From the NCBI GenBank assembly GCA_947491315.1, contig CANLII010000006.1, positions 27,301 through 91,300 on the forward strand: a stretch of 64,000 bases of DNA, written 5' to 3'. The notes beneath the pieces are model-generated. The model saw only the letters and a list, made by a program, of their open reading frames with translations, was not told the origin of the DNA and searched no databases. Both the position numbers and the translations under genes were made by a program. Every line of letters begins with the position of its first letter. The first letter of the stretch is position 1. Shown piece by piece: positions 19,739 through 29,424 of this stretch. The stretch is from Ignavibacteria bacterium (GTDB lineage Bacteria; Bacteroidota; Ignavibacteria; Kapaibacteriales; UBA961).

Positions 19739-20294
19739 ATGCTCCTAATAAACCTTTCTTCAAATCAGAATCTGCGGGAACTTCACCCAGCCAAATGCCG
19801 AATAATCCTTTTTTGAAATCAAGACCGGAAATCACACCTATATTATTTCCATTCTTCAATACAGTTATGCCTTTTCCGGGTTCATATATCATTGAAAAGA
19901 CATCGCCTTTCTTGATTTTTTCTTTGAAGAATGACTTAAACTGATCGATTCGAGAACGAAGTGAAGATATATTTCCATTAGCAGATTTTTCAAATCCCTC
20001 TTCAATTGCATCCGACATCTTATCACTTGTGATCAGAGAAGAAACTATGGTCAATTCCATAGCTATCGGTTCATCTGCAATAATGATGGAATGTGCATCT
20101 TTAGTCTTTTTTGTGACAAATAAAGCACCAACATACATGTCCATCCAGAATTTTTCTCTTGTTCCTGCACCATTCAAGGAAAGAGACTTACCGGCAAATG
20201 ATTTTGTTGATGGAATATTCACGCCGCCAATGTTCATATCGGCAAATGCAGATACAACAAAAAGAAAGGAACATAAAACGATTATTGCTCTCAT
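19737..20294 (-). CDS. Secreted chalcone-isomerase-like (CHI-fold, Chalcone_3-type) protein
   Basis: Signal peptide, then LNGAGTREKFWMDMYVGALFV, which fits the CHI-like GxGxR.K......Y..GLY signature. 185 aa. Confidence 0.55.
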   Translation of the reverse strand: MRAIIVLCSFLFVVSAFADMNIGGVNIPSTKSFAGKSLSLNGAGTREKFWMDMYVGALFVTKKTKDAHSIIIADEPIAMELTIVSSLITSDKMSDAIEEGFEKSANGNISSLRSRIDQFKSFFKEKIKKGDVFSMIYEPGKGITVLKNGNNIGVISGLDFKKGLFGIWLGEVPADSDLKKGLLGA

Positions 20295-20318
20295 GATTAT
20301 CTCCCAAATCGTAGTTCA

Positions 20319-22598
20319 TTAAAGAAGATCTTTGCGATGTCTTGCAATGGAAATAAAGAATCCTGTCACCATGAATATGACACCAAACCAAACAAGATTG
20401 ATGAGTGGTTTGATAGAAACTTCAACTGTAAATACTTCTTTTTTCTTTTGCAATGGTTTTGACATATCACGGAATGCGATTTCCACTTGAGAAGAAGCAA
20501 GATTCCCTTTTTGAGCAATAAGTTTTGCAAAGGAAATTTGCTGAGAAGTTCCGGGTAATGTAACTGGTTCCGGGGTAAGCTCCGTTGTTTGCATGTTCAT
20601 TGCTGCACGAAGCGAGATATCTGCTGAGTCTTTTATTGAATATATTCTGACAATAGCCGATGGGTAAATCTTCCCTGTGCTATCAGGCCCGGCACTCATG
20701 CGCGACATATCGAATGCTATAAATCGTATAGCCCTAGAGGAATCCGTCGGGAATTGTTCTTTTTGATCTTTTTTAAATATCAAAGTCGGAATTCCGCCAG
20801 TTTCTCCCGTAGCTTTTGGTGATACATATAGATCTCGTCCGAGTGTCCATGCAATTCCCGGCTCGAGAAATGCAGATTCCCTTTTATTGAAATCACTCCA
20901 AAAAAGCATAGGAGCAACTGATGATATGGTTCCATCTTTTTCAACTTCAATATGGAAACGATACTTCTCACGATCCACATATTCTTTTTCGATGCGCTCT
21001 TTTCCTTTGAAAGTCAATGTATAGCCCAACACTTTTGTTGGCACTCCTTGTACCAATTGTGCATGTTCCATGACAGAATATTTGGAAGTCCATACCACGC
21101 CAATCAACAGCAATGCAACTCCACTATGCGAGACATATGCACCTGCCGAACTAAATTTTGCTTGCATGACCTTGATCGCAAGTTCAAGATTGATAATCAA
21201 TGCAAACCAGGCCGCAAATGTGAGAATGACATATAGTGGATCTGTTACACCCAAGATCATTGATACAATTGTTCCCGCAAGAGTCAAAATCAAGGGCAGA
21301 ATTAATGACTTGTAATTCGGAATAAGAGATTTCCCTTTCCATCTCGCAATAAGGGATATCGCATTCATAAACATGATGAGAATAACCAAAGGCAAATGCG
21401 TGGAATTATAAAACGCTGGATCAATTGCAACTTTCGGTTGTTTGATGATCTCTGCAAAGAGAGGCCAACTCGTTCCGATAAACACAATAATTGCCGAACC
21501 CAAAAGCAAAGCAGAACCGATGGACATTAAAAACTCTCTACTCTGCATTGAAAAAGAAGCAGAAGAATACAGTAGATCTTTTCTGCGGAGATACATGATG
21601 GACAGAGCAATCAATAGAAATGTGGACATAAATGCAATCAGCATGACATAGGCAAACATGCCGGGATCTACAAAAGAATGCACAGATGTATCACCCAATA
21701 CGCCACTTCTGGTAAGAAATGTTGAGTATAATACTAGTATGAATGATAAAGAAGCAAGAATAATATTTGTTTTTACAAGACCACCAGTCTTCTTTTGTAT
21801 GATCATGGTATGAACCAAAGCTGCAGACACAAGCCAAGGAATGAGCGAGGAATTCTCTACAGGATCCCAAGCCCAAAATCCTCCCCAACCCAATGTTTCA
21901 TAAGCCCAGAAACCTCCAAGCATGATCCCAAAACCAAGAATTGCAGTAGAATATAATGTCCATGGCAAAGCATGTTTCACCCAATTTTGATAATCTCTTT
22001 TAAGTAATCCTGCCATTGCTAATGCGAATGGTGCACTCATGGCTGCAAATCCTGTGAAGAGAATTGGAGGATGAATGGTTATCCAAACATTATGCAGGAG
22101 TGGATTCAACCCTTTCCCATTTTGTGGAACAAATCCATCGGCAACGCCATCTTTTGCAAATGTTTCCCATACATAAGCAAATGGATTTTTGATGACCAAT
22201 AACAGTAATAAGAAAACAAGAATCAATGAGTAAAAAACCATGATTTCTGATTCCATGCCTTTTCTTCGACCAAAGGCCGAAAGAGCCACACCAAGCACAG
22301 CTACCCAAAGCGTCCATAACAAGAAGCTACCTTCTTGTCCGGCATATCCCGCGGCAAATAAATACCAGGCCTGTAATTCTCTTGAGGAATAGTTCCAAAC
22401 ATAATGGTATTCAAATCGATGATTAAAGACGAGCCAAAGAATTGCGAGAAAAGAAATGACAATTCCAATGGTCGTGAATCTGAACAGGAATCTACCGATG
22501 TCTGCCGCTCTTTCATTTCCTTTCAGTGCAAAGGCATAAAAACCCGTGCCAATGAGAGCTGTCGCAAATAAAAGATGAATGAGAATTTGGCCGATCAT
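20319..22598 (-). CDS. CcmF/NrfE-family cytochrome c heme lyase-like membrane protein (orphan)
   Basis: 759 aa polytopic. Trp-rich WWD motif FWAYETLGWGGFWAWDPVENSSLIPWL followed by a conserved His (LVHTMII). Long periplasmic C-terminal domain and a final TM, as in CcmF. Confidence 0.75.
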   Translation of the reverse strand: MIGQILIHLLFATALIGTGFYAFALKGNERAADIGRFLFRFTTIGIVISFLAILWLVFNHRFEYHYVWNYSSRELQAWYLFAAGYAGQEGSFLLWTLWVAVLGVALSAFGRRKGMESEIMVFYSLILVFLLLLLVIKNPFAYVWETFAKDGVADGFVPQNGKGLNPLLHNVWITIHPPILFTGFAAMSAPFALAMAGLLKRDYQNWVKHALPWTLYSTAILGFGIMLGGFWAYETLGWGGFWAWDPVENSSLIPWLVSAALVHTMIIQKKTGGLVKTNIILASLSFILVLYSTFLTRSGVLGDTSVHSFVDPGMFAYVMLIAFMSTFLLIALSIMYLRRKDLLYSSASFSMQSREFLMSIGSALLLGSAIIVFIGTSWPLFAEIIKQPKVAIDPAFYNSTHLPLVILIMFMNAISLIARWKGKSLIPNYKSLILPLILTLAGTIVSMILGVTDPLYVILTFAAWFALIINLELAIKVMQAKFSSAGAYVSHSGVALLLIGVVWTSKYSVMEHAQLVQGVPTKVLGYTLTFKGKERIEKEYVDREKYRFHIEVEKDGTISSVAPMLFWSDFNKRESAFLEPGIAWTLGRDLYVSPKATGETGGIPTLIFKKDQKEQFPTDSSRAIRFIAFDMSRMSAGPDSTGKIYPSAIVRIYSIKDSADISLRAAMNMQTTELTPEPVTLPGTSQQISFAKLIAQKGNLASSQVEIAFRDMSKPLQKKKEVFTVEVSIKPLINLVWFGVIFMVTGFFISIARHRKDLL

Positions 22599-22601
22599 AT
22601 A

Positions 22602-24284
22602 TTATGGTTTTGGTTTGGTAAATGGTGAATCAAGCAATGGTGGTTTGGCTTGTGATTTTTGTTTTTTCTGAACTTCAATGGTTTTCACAAAGAGTGAAGG
22701 TGAGCTTGCGGAAACGGGAACACCACCTGACTCAGCACCACAAACTCCATTGAAGATGCCTATATCATGAGAAGCAGCAATAATATTATTGAAGGTGGTG
22801 AGTGGAGTACCAATCAAGTCAACTCCACGAACAAGCTCATCGGGTCTTCCATCTGCATAGATTTTATACACAACTAATGGCTGAACATTAAAAGCATTAG
22901 GAATAGTTCTTGCTGTAAAAGTAAAGCCACCAGAAATTTCAACAAAGTACAATCCATACTCTTTGTTTTGTTTCAAGCATTCTTCACGAAGCAATGTTCT
23001 CAATGAATCGAAAGCAACAGTTTGAGAAGCTTGTACCAACAAATTGGACTGTCTAGAAACGGGTCGCAATCCCGGTTGTCTTCTGCCATGTCCATTCGAA
23101 ACCGGAAATGATTCAATTGGAGAGCGATTCATGAGAAAGTTCTTAAAGATACCTTTTTCAACTGCAATCACTTTTTCTGCCTTGACACCTTCATCATCGT
23201 ATTTATAATGACCAACAATATCTTGACCATTCAATGTCTTCAAGCCTGGATCAAAAACAACATCGATAAAATCAGGTAGAATTTTTTTATTGAGAAATGA
23301 TTTGAAAGTCTGTGATGAATTCGGATCTTTTTGACGATGACCTTCAACACGATGTCCGAATATTTCATGAAAAAACACACCTGATGCAGGCCCTGATAGA
23401 ATAGCAGGACCGGAATATGTTTCAGCCAAAGGTGCAAGTCTCAAAAGTCCCATTGTTTTGATCATGGAGTGAATATCATTTGCAACTTTTTCCTCGGTAG
23501 GTAAATTCTCAGGCAAGAATCCAAAATAACTTGAGAATAGAGGGAGCGTCATGCCATCATCGGCTTTCGTTGATGCAGATGCAAACATGCGAACATTTGG
23601 TTCACTTTGCTGAATGAGACTTCCCTCAGAGCTTACAAAATATTTTGTGATGATATCAGCTTGAAAATAGACTTCCCCTGTATAAATACTTGGATCATCC
23701 GAAAAGAGAGCAGAGAGTCTTTTAATTCTTTCCTGCCATTGTAATGAATCGATGGAAAATATTTGCTCATCCTCAACATATCGCACAATTTGTTGTCTGG
23801 AAAAATCGGCTGAACTATCTTCTTCTTTCACTTTGACAGCACGATTGGTGAGAACTTTTCCATATCGCTCAACTGCTTTTTTGTACAGTTTATCAGTAGC
23901 ATTCCATATAACTGCTCGAATTGATTGTTCATCACCAGACATTGGAAGTTCAATTCCTTTCCCTCCACCACCGAATTCAAATCTAGAACCACGGATTGTA
24001 TGCGTATTGTCCAATTCATAATTCCCTACTCGAATATCAATATCAAGTATTCGGGATGCAATATTTTCGATGTATTTTAATTTGCCAAATGATGCCGACA
24101 TCCGAATTGTCTTTGTTTCAGTTACCGCATAAGAAAGAAAATAAGGTGGATTATCTTGCTTTGATAATCCGTCCATTGTTCTCTGCATCTCATTCTTCAT
24201 AGCAATGAGAATGGGAAGCTCGGAAGCTTTAACAATTATAAGTGAACCGAACAGGATTAGGAAATATGCCGACATTGTTCTCAT
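22602..24284 (-). CDS. Secreted TldD/PmbA-family metallopeptidase-like protein
   Basis: Signal peptide. HEIFGHRVEGH resembles TldD HExxxH. C-terminal FNGVCGAESGGVPVSASSPSLFVKTIEV resembles the TldD/PmbA Gly-rich C-terminus. Stop is 3 nt before the CcmF-like start. Confidence 0.6.
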   Translation of the reverse strand: MRTMSAYFLILFGSLIIVKASELPILIAMKNEMQRTMDGLSKQDNPPYFLSYAVTETKTIRMSASFGKLKYIENIASRILDIDIRVGNYELDNTHTIRGSRFEFGGGGKGIELPMSGDEQSIRAVIWNATDKLYKKAVERYGKVLTNRAVKVKEEDSSADFSRQQIVRYVEDEQIFSIDSLQWQERIKRLSALFSDDPSIYTGEVYFQADIITKYFVSSEGSLIQQSEPNVRMFASASTKADDGMTLPLFSSYFGFLPENLPTEEKVANDIHSMIKTMGLLRLAPLAETYSGPAILSGPASGVFFHEIFGHRVEGHRQKDPNSSQTFKSFLNKKILPDFIDVVFDPGLKTLNGQDIVGHYKYDDEGVKAEKVIAVEKGIFKNFLMNRSPIESFPVSNGHGRRQPGLRPVSRQSNLLVQASQTVAFDSLRTLLREECLKQNKEYGLYFVEISGGFTFTARTIPNAFNVQPLVVYKIYADGRPDELVRGVDLIGTPLTTFNNIIAASHDIGIFNGVCGAESGGVPVSASSPSLFVKTIEVQKKQKSQAKPPLLDSPFTKPKP

Positions 24285-24295
24285 AGTATGCCTGA

Positions 24296-24997
24296 TTAAA
24301 AATCACTCGCTAATGTGGTAATGATCACCGATACATCGATTGGTGTTTTAAGATTTGCCTTTTCAAATGTAATTCGAGATTCTGGTGCTCCTGCGATAAC
24401 AAGTTTGGAACGAATCTCTTCCACTCTGAGATCATATAAAGTTTGGGCAGGAATACTACTAGCCCCTTTTTTACTCTTAGTTTTCTTTTCAGCTTTTGTT
24501 TTTTTTGCGGTTTTTTTACCTTCTGATACCAATACTTTGATCTTCAGATGAGGCATCTTTTTCAACATTTCTGGGATCATCGTAAAGAGTGGCGAAGGCA
24601 TTGCATTTGACTGTCCGGCCGGAAAAAGAGGAAACTGTTGAATGGTATCCCCTTTCGCGAATGTTCTTAGTTGAAATTCTTGAGAAATTTCTTGATAAGA
24701 TGTTCCATCAGGCACACGAAAATCTTGTTTGGCCATGAACAAGTCATTTCTATCAAATGACATGGAATAATATCTACCTGGCTTTAGTGTCATGGTGAAT
24801 TCACCATGTACAGTCGTCTTCGATTTGCCGGATACTTCATCGCCATCTTTTGCGACAACTTGCACACCTTGCAAAGCTTTCTTTTGACCATCCACTACTT
24901 TCCCTTTAATGAGGAAGGTCACACCCTGAGCCGATAGTTGTACAGTAACAAAGAATGTACATATAAACGGCATGGCCTTGATCAACATTTTCAACAT
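24296..24997 (-). CDS. Hypothetical secreted protein with carboxypeptidase-regulatory-like N-domain and Lys-rich linker
   Basis: Signal peptide MLKMLIKAMPFICTFFVTVQLSAQG. GKVVDGQKKALQGVQVV..GEFTMTLKPGRYYSMSF is a CarbopepD_reg-like beta-sandwich. KKTAKKTKAEKKTKSKK is a low-complexity stretch. Confidence 0.45.
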   Translation of the reverse strand: MLKMLIKAMPFICTFFVTVQLSAQGVTFLIKGKVVDGQKKALQGVQVVAKDGDEVSGKSKTTVHGEFTMTLKPGRYYSMSFDRNDLFMAKQDFRVPDGTSYQEISQEFQLRTFAKGDTIQQFPLFPAGQSNAMPSPLFTMIPEMLKKMPHLKIKVLVSEGKKTAKKTKAEKKTKSKKGASSIPAQTLYDLRVEEIRSKLVIAGAPESRITFEKANLKTPIDVSVIITTLASDF

Positions 24998-25027
24998 TGC
25001 TTTTGCTCCCAAAAAAAAACATATTGA

Positions 25028-25618
25028 TTAAATACAATGAACAATGATTTCGGTTTCAATGCACTGACCTTTGTCTTTAGCATAGAAACCATGTAATGAC
25101 TTATATATTTCTTGTTTTTCAGCATTCTGTGCTCGCAGTTCATCAAATAATTCCTGCGCTTTTTTTGGCCTAGGTCCCCAATTCCATTCTTCATTTCCGT
25201 GTATGTCACAAGCAATCAATTTGGGGATGCTCATCGAGCCATTTGTAGGATATTGTTCCAATAATTCAGGATACTCATCTCTTGACACAATTCGTAATTC
25301 AATCCTTCCTTCCGATGCTTGAGCTAGAGCGGCAATGATCGGAAGGGACTGTGCTGAATCTCCACACCAACCTTCCGTAATGACAATCCAAGTTTGTTTT
25401 GATTTCATTGTTTGCAATGCGTGTAAAGCTTGATCAGAGGGTTGATATACTTTTTCTACTCTAATGCTTCTTGCCCAGTTCAATTCATAATATGCAAACA
25501 TTTCTTGCTCTTTTTCTGTCATATCTCCTATTGGAGCATGTGATTTCAAAGAAAATGCTGTTTTATATGAATCATAGTCCATCGAATGTTTTACATATTC
25601 AAATGCAGTACTAGTCAT
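25028..25618 (-). CDS. Thioredoxin-fold protein (Thioredoxin_9-like, WCGDS motif)
   Basis: 196 aa, no signal peptide. ITEGWCGDSAQSLPI in a thioredoxin-like context. Confidence 0.55.
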   Translation of the reverse strand: MTSTAFEYVKHSMDYDSYKTAFSLKSHAPIGDMTEKEQEMFAYYELNWARSIRVEKVYQPSDQALHALQTMKSKQTWIVITEGWCGDSAQSLPIIAALAQASEGRIELRIVSRDEYPELLEQYPTNGSMSIPKLIACDIHGNEEWNWGPRPKKAQELFDELRAQNAEKQEIYKSLHGFYAKDKGQCIETEIIVHCI

Positions 25619-25709
25619 AATATAGTTATGTCAATTTTGTTAAATGAAGATAGCAGATAGGACAAATTGAACTGATCAAATTTTTATGCATACTTTGGTT
25701 ACTTATTCA

Positions 25710-26645
25710 TCAGGATAGTTCGATTGAACTTTCTTTTTTGGGAAAAACCAAAGAAAGAATCACTGATGCTGAAAGTATGAAAAGAACAAAGAGAAGGGCG
25801 AAATGTATGGGCACATGATAGAAACCACTGATCATCATTTTCACACCTATAAAACTCAAAATGATAGCAAGACCATAATTGAGATAGTGGAATAAACCCA
25901 CGACTCCTGCCAATGCGAAATACAGTGATCGCAAACCAAGAATTGCAAAAATATTCGATGTATAAACAATGAAAGGATCAGGAGAAACAGCCAAAACTGC
26001 CGGAATGGAATCCAAAGCAAATACCAAATCTGTAGTCTCAACGAGGGCTAATACAAGAAAGAGTGGCGTAGCAAATACATAACCCATTTTTCTTACAAAA
26101 AACTTATCTCCATGATAATTCTTCGAAACACCAAAGAATCTACGAACCAATTTCAATGTCCATGAAGATTCGGGTTTAAACTCTATATCATCTTTGGCGA
26201 AAAACAATTTGAAGCCGGTAAATACCAGGAAGGCACCGAGAATATAAATGATAAAACTGAACTTCGCCAGAATTGCCACACCGACAATTATAAACAAAGC
26301 ACGCATTACCAAAGCACCAAGAACACCCCAAAACAAGACTTTATGTTGGTATTTGTCAGGAACTTTGAAATAACTAAAAATCGTAAGGAAGATAAAAAGA
26401 TTGTCAACGCTCAGAGATTTTTCAATTAAGTAAGCTGTCACAAACTCCGTTGCCTGTACTGTCGATCGTAAGAAATATATACCAACTGCAAAAAGTCCTG
26501 AAAGAGCAATCCAAAAAGCACTCCACGATAAAGCTTCTTTCACTGAAATTGCATGTGCTTTCTTATGAAAAACACCAATATCTAATGCGAGCATTATAAG
26601 AATGAAGATGTGAAAGCCTACCCACAGGTATTGTTCATTGGACAT
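25710..26645 (-). CDS. TerC-family integral membrane protein
   Basis: Polytopic. Conserved DNLFIFLTIFSYFKVP and DSIPAVLAV motifs typical of TerC/Alx. Start chosen at the internal ATG at 26645 (MSNEQYL..). Confidence 0.75.
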   Translation of the reverse strand: MSNEQYLWVGFHIFILIMLALDIGVFHKKAHAISVKEALSWSAFWIALSGLFAVGIYFLRSTVQATEFVTAYLIEKSLSVDNLFIFLTIFSYFKVPDKYQHKVLFWGVLGALVMRALFIIVGVAILAKFSFIIYILGAFLVFTGFKLFFAKDDIEFKPESSWTLKLVRRFFGVSKNYHGDKFFVRKMGYVFATPLFLVLALVETTDLVFALDSIPAVLAVSPDPFIVYTSNIFAILGLRSLYFALAGVVGLFHYLNYGLAIILSFIGVKMMISGFYHVPIHFALLFVLFILSASVILSLVFPKKESSIELS

Positions 26646-26705
26646 AGTATATTCTGTACGATGTATTGTGGTGCAAACTGATGAAGACAATGAATTGAGT
26701 GGTGA

Positions 26706-27995
26706 TCATCCTTGCAATCCTTTGACTTGGCCTCTCAGTATTGAGAAGAGAATCTCCGCAAAATAATCAATTTCACTATCCGAAATGTATATGTTCGGCG
26801 TAATTCTTATCCCATCTATATTGGCATATTTGATGGGTGTTGTTATTATTCTATGTGTATTGAATAGGTATTCCCCGATTTTGGCATGATCAAATCCTTC
26901 GATTCTGAAAACCATCAATCCGCACCACTGAGATGAATCTTTAATATTTGTCATAAAACTCACTCTGGGATCATCCTTGATTCGGTTGATCCATCGCAAT
27001 TGCAATTCTCTCAATCTCATTGCTTTTCTTTCAACACCAACTCTTTCATTAAATGCAATTGCTTCGGTCACTGCATTATGCAAAGATGCGGGATGAGTAC
27101 CTATCTCCTCAAACTTCTTTATTGAATCATTCATTTCGGGTCCTGCCGCCATGAGTGGCCAAATTGATGGAATTTTGTCTTTGGCCACATAGAGCATTCC
27201 ATTTCCAACGGGGGCATACAGCCATTTATGGAGTGATGTCCCGAAATAATCACATTGGAGATCTACTTGAGTAAATGGAAAATGAGCAAATGAATGTGCT
27301 CCATCAACTATACATTCAATGCCCTTTTCCTTGGCTAGCATGCAAATTTCTTTTACTGGATAGATTTGACCGGAACAAAATGCAACATGCGACACATGAA
27401 TGACTTTTGTCTTTTTATTGATAGCCTGCTTAAAAGCATTCACTATGTCCATCGGATCCATAACGGGAACAATAATTGGTATTTTTTTAATTATTATGCC
27501 ATCTCTTCTCGATCTTTGTTCCCAAGCGGTTAGCATTCTTGGATAATCATGTTCGGTAGTGAGGACTTCATCTCCTTTTTGTAAGGTTAGGCCCATTTGA
27601 ACATGATGCAAACTTTCACTTGCATTTCTAGTAATGGCTATTTCTTCATTAGAAACGCCAAATACTTGAGCAATTCCTTGTCTCACCCTTTCCAAACCGG
27701 GTTCTTGTTGTTGCCAAATATTTCTTGCGGGAGCTTGATTGGCATAATCCAAACCGGTATGCAATGCTTGCATTACTGATCTTGGGCTGGGGCTTACTCC
27801 ACCATTATTCAAATTGATCATTGTTCTGTCCATCGGAAATTCTGTTCTGATGGATTGCCATAAGTCATTTTCATTCAACAATGTATGCTTTTCATTATCA
27901 GTACTTTGAAGAACTGACAATGCTTGCATTGGTGTTGCCAGCATTAGACCTGCTTTCAGTACCAATCTTCGATCAATCTGAGAAGGAAATTTCAT
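26706..27995 (-). CDS. Class-V aminotransferase-fold PLP-dependent enzyme with twin-arginine (Tat) signal (isopenicillin-N-epimerase / cysteine-desulfurase-like)
   Basis: N-terminus IDRRLVLKAGLMLATPMQALS (RR-x-hydrophobic-LK then h-region). About 400-aa fold-type I body with a lysine-containing SLHKWLYAPVGNG region. Confidence 0.6.
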   Translation of the reverse strand: MKFPSQIDRRLVLKAGLMLATPMQALSVLQSTDNEKHTLLNENDLWQSIRTEFPMDRTMINLNNGGVSPSPRSVMQALHTGLDYANQAPARNIWQQQEPGLERVRQGIAQVFGVSNEEIAITRNASESLHHVQMGLTLQKGDEVLTTEHDYPRMLTAWEQRSRRDGIIIKKIPIIVPVMDPMDIVNAFKQAINKKTKVIHVSHVAFCSGQIYPVKEICMLAKEKGIECIVDGAHSFAHFPFTQVDLQCDYFGTSLHKWLYAPVGNGMLYVAKDKIPSIWPLMAAGPEMNDSIKKFEEIGTHPASLHNAVTEAIAFNERVGVERKAMRLRELQLRWINRIKDDPRVSFMTNIKDSSQWCGLMVFRIEGFDHAKIGEYLFNTHRIITTPIKYANIDGIRITPNIYISDSEIDYFAEILFSILRGQVKGLQG

Positions 27996-28251
27996 AACTC
28001 ACACCTAATATTTATGGCGGAATTTATAAAAAAAGATTGAACATTCATGCTCAAAAGCTTAAATGAATGTGATGGTCTTGCAACACAAAAAGGAAAAAGC
28101 CATAAAATTCCACTGCAAAAGGCAATTAGTAGTGTGGAAAACTCTGAATTTTCGTATTTTTATCACCGTGGTAAGGTGTATTCTTTACAAAGCAAACCTT
28201 GGATTAAACCTATATTCTGTATTGCTTTTGTACAAACCATAGTTTGAGATC

Positions 28252-29373
28252 ATGATGAAACGCAGATCATTTCTACATTCGGTCGGAACAGGTTTTACAG
28301 TACTTGGGTTTGCATCAATGCAAGCAAAAGCAAGTACCGGAAACGGAGAATTTGTGAATACAACAGAGTCAGTGCTTTCCAATAATATGAACAAGCACTC
28401 TGATTTTGTTTCACTTCTTCCTCCTGCCTTGAAAAAAGGTTCTACAATTGGAATTACCGCTCCTGCAAGTGGCGTAGATAATGCAGAAATTCAAGAAGGC
28501 ATTGCTTTGTTGAAAGCAAGTGGTTATTCAATTGTGTTGGGCAATACATTAACAAGAAAATACGGATATCTCTCTGCTCCCGACTCTGAAAGGGCTGCAG
28601 AGTTCATGGAATTTGTAGAAAGACCAGACATAGATTGCATTCTTTGCGCAAGAGGCGGATATGGCGTGATGAGAATCCTTCCAATGTTGGATTTTGGAGT
28701 TATTCGGGCTAATCCAAAAATCATCATTGGTTATAGTGATATCACTGCTTTGCTTGTAGCTATTACCAAACTTAGCAATGTTGTTACATATCATGGACCT
28801 GTTGCGTCTTCAACTTTTGACGCTTTCACCGTTGATTATTTCAAGAGAGCATTGTGTGTATCAATTGCAAGTGAGATTATTACTGAACAAATTTCTCCTG
28901 AATACACTCCGATATCATTCAGTGACTCGAGAATGACCACATTATCCAAAGGTATTGCAAAAGGCATACTAACAGGCGGCAATTTGTCTATGATAGTTGC
29001 AACACTAGGCACTCCATATGAAATCGATACGAAGGACTCCATACTATTTCTTGAAGACATTGCAGAGGAACCCTATCGGATAGATAGAATGCTCACGCAG
29101 TTATGGCTCGCAGGTAAGCTTCAACAATGTGCAGGAATTATTCTTGGTCAGTTTAAGAATTGCGAAGCCAAGAAGGTACCCGGTTTTGAAGTATCATTCT
29201 CTTTACTACAAGTTTTAGAATCTAGAATTAGTTCGTTAGGTATACCGGCAGTTTATGGTCTTCCTATTGGGCATGTCAAGAGTAAAATGACAATTCCACT
29301 AGGAGTAATGGCCGAATTGGATGCCGGAAATAAAACATTTTCTATCATGGAAAGACCTGTCTCTCTTTCTTGA
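28252..29373 (+). CDS. ldcA: S66-family LD-carboxypeptidase (LdcA-like) with Tat-type signal
   Basis: MMKRRSFLHSVGTGFTVLGFASMQAKA, then the S66 hallmark ..IIGYSDITAL.. and a C-terminal catalytic region (..LPIGHVKS..). Confidence 0.8.
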   Translation: MMKRRSFLHSVGTGFTVLGFASMQAKASTGNGEFVNTTESVLSNNMNKHSDFVSLLPPALKKGSTIGITAPASGVDNAEIQEGIALLKASGYSIVLGNTLTRKYGYLSAPDSERAAEFMEFVERPDIDCILCARGGYGVMRILPMLDFGVIRANPKIIIGYSDITALLVAITKLSNVVTYHGPVASSTFDAFTVDYFKRALCVSIASEIITEQISPEYTPISFSDSRMTTLSKGIAKGILTGGNLSMIVATLGTPYEIDTKDSILFLEDIAEEPYRIDRMLTQLWLAGKLQQCAGIILGQFKNCEAKKVPGFEVSFSLLQVLESRISSLGIPAVYGLPIGHVKSKMTIPLGVMAELDAGNKTFSIMERPVSLS

Positions 29374-29424
29374 TGAGAATCGTGACTTTTTGTTGTCTTG
29401 ATTGTCCTTACTGTATCAAAGTCG

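Noticed and set aside
25619-26705. yybP-ykoY (Mn2+) riboswitch ahead of the TerC-family gene
   Set aside because: Only about 60 nt separate TerC from the upstream aminotransferase stop (15 nt if the longer ORF start is used). That is too short for the roughly 100+ nt riboswitch, and no conserved L1/L3 motifs were seen.
28047-28247. 66-aa ORF in the divergent intergenic region upstream of ldcA
   Set aside because: Lys/Ser-rich, no hydrophobic core or motif. It occupies the shared promoter region. Probably non-coding.
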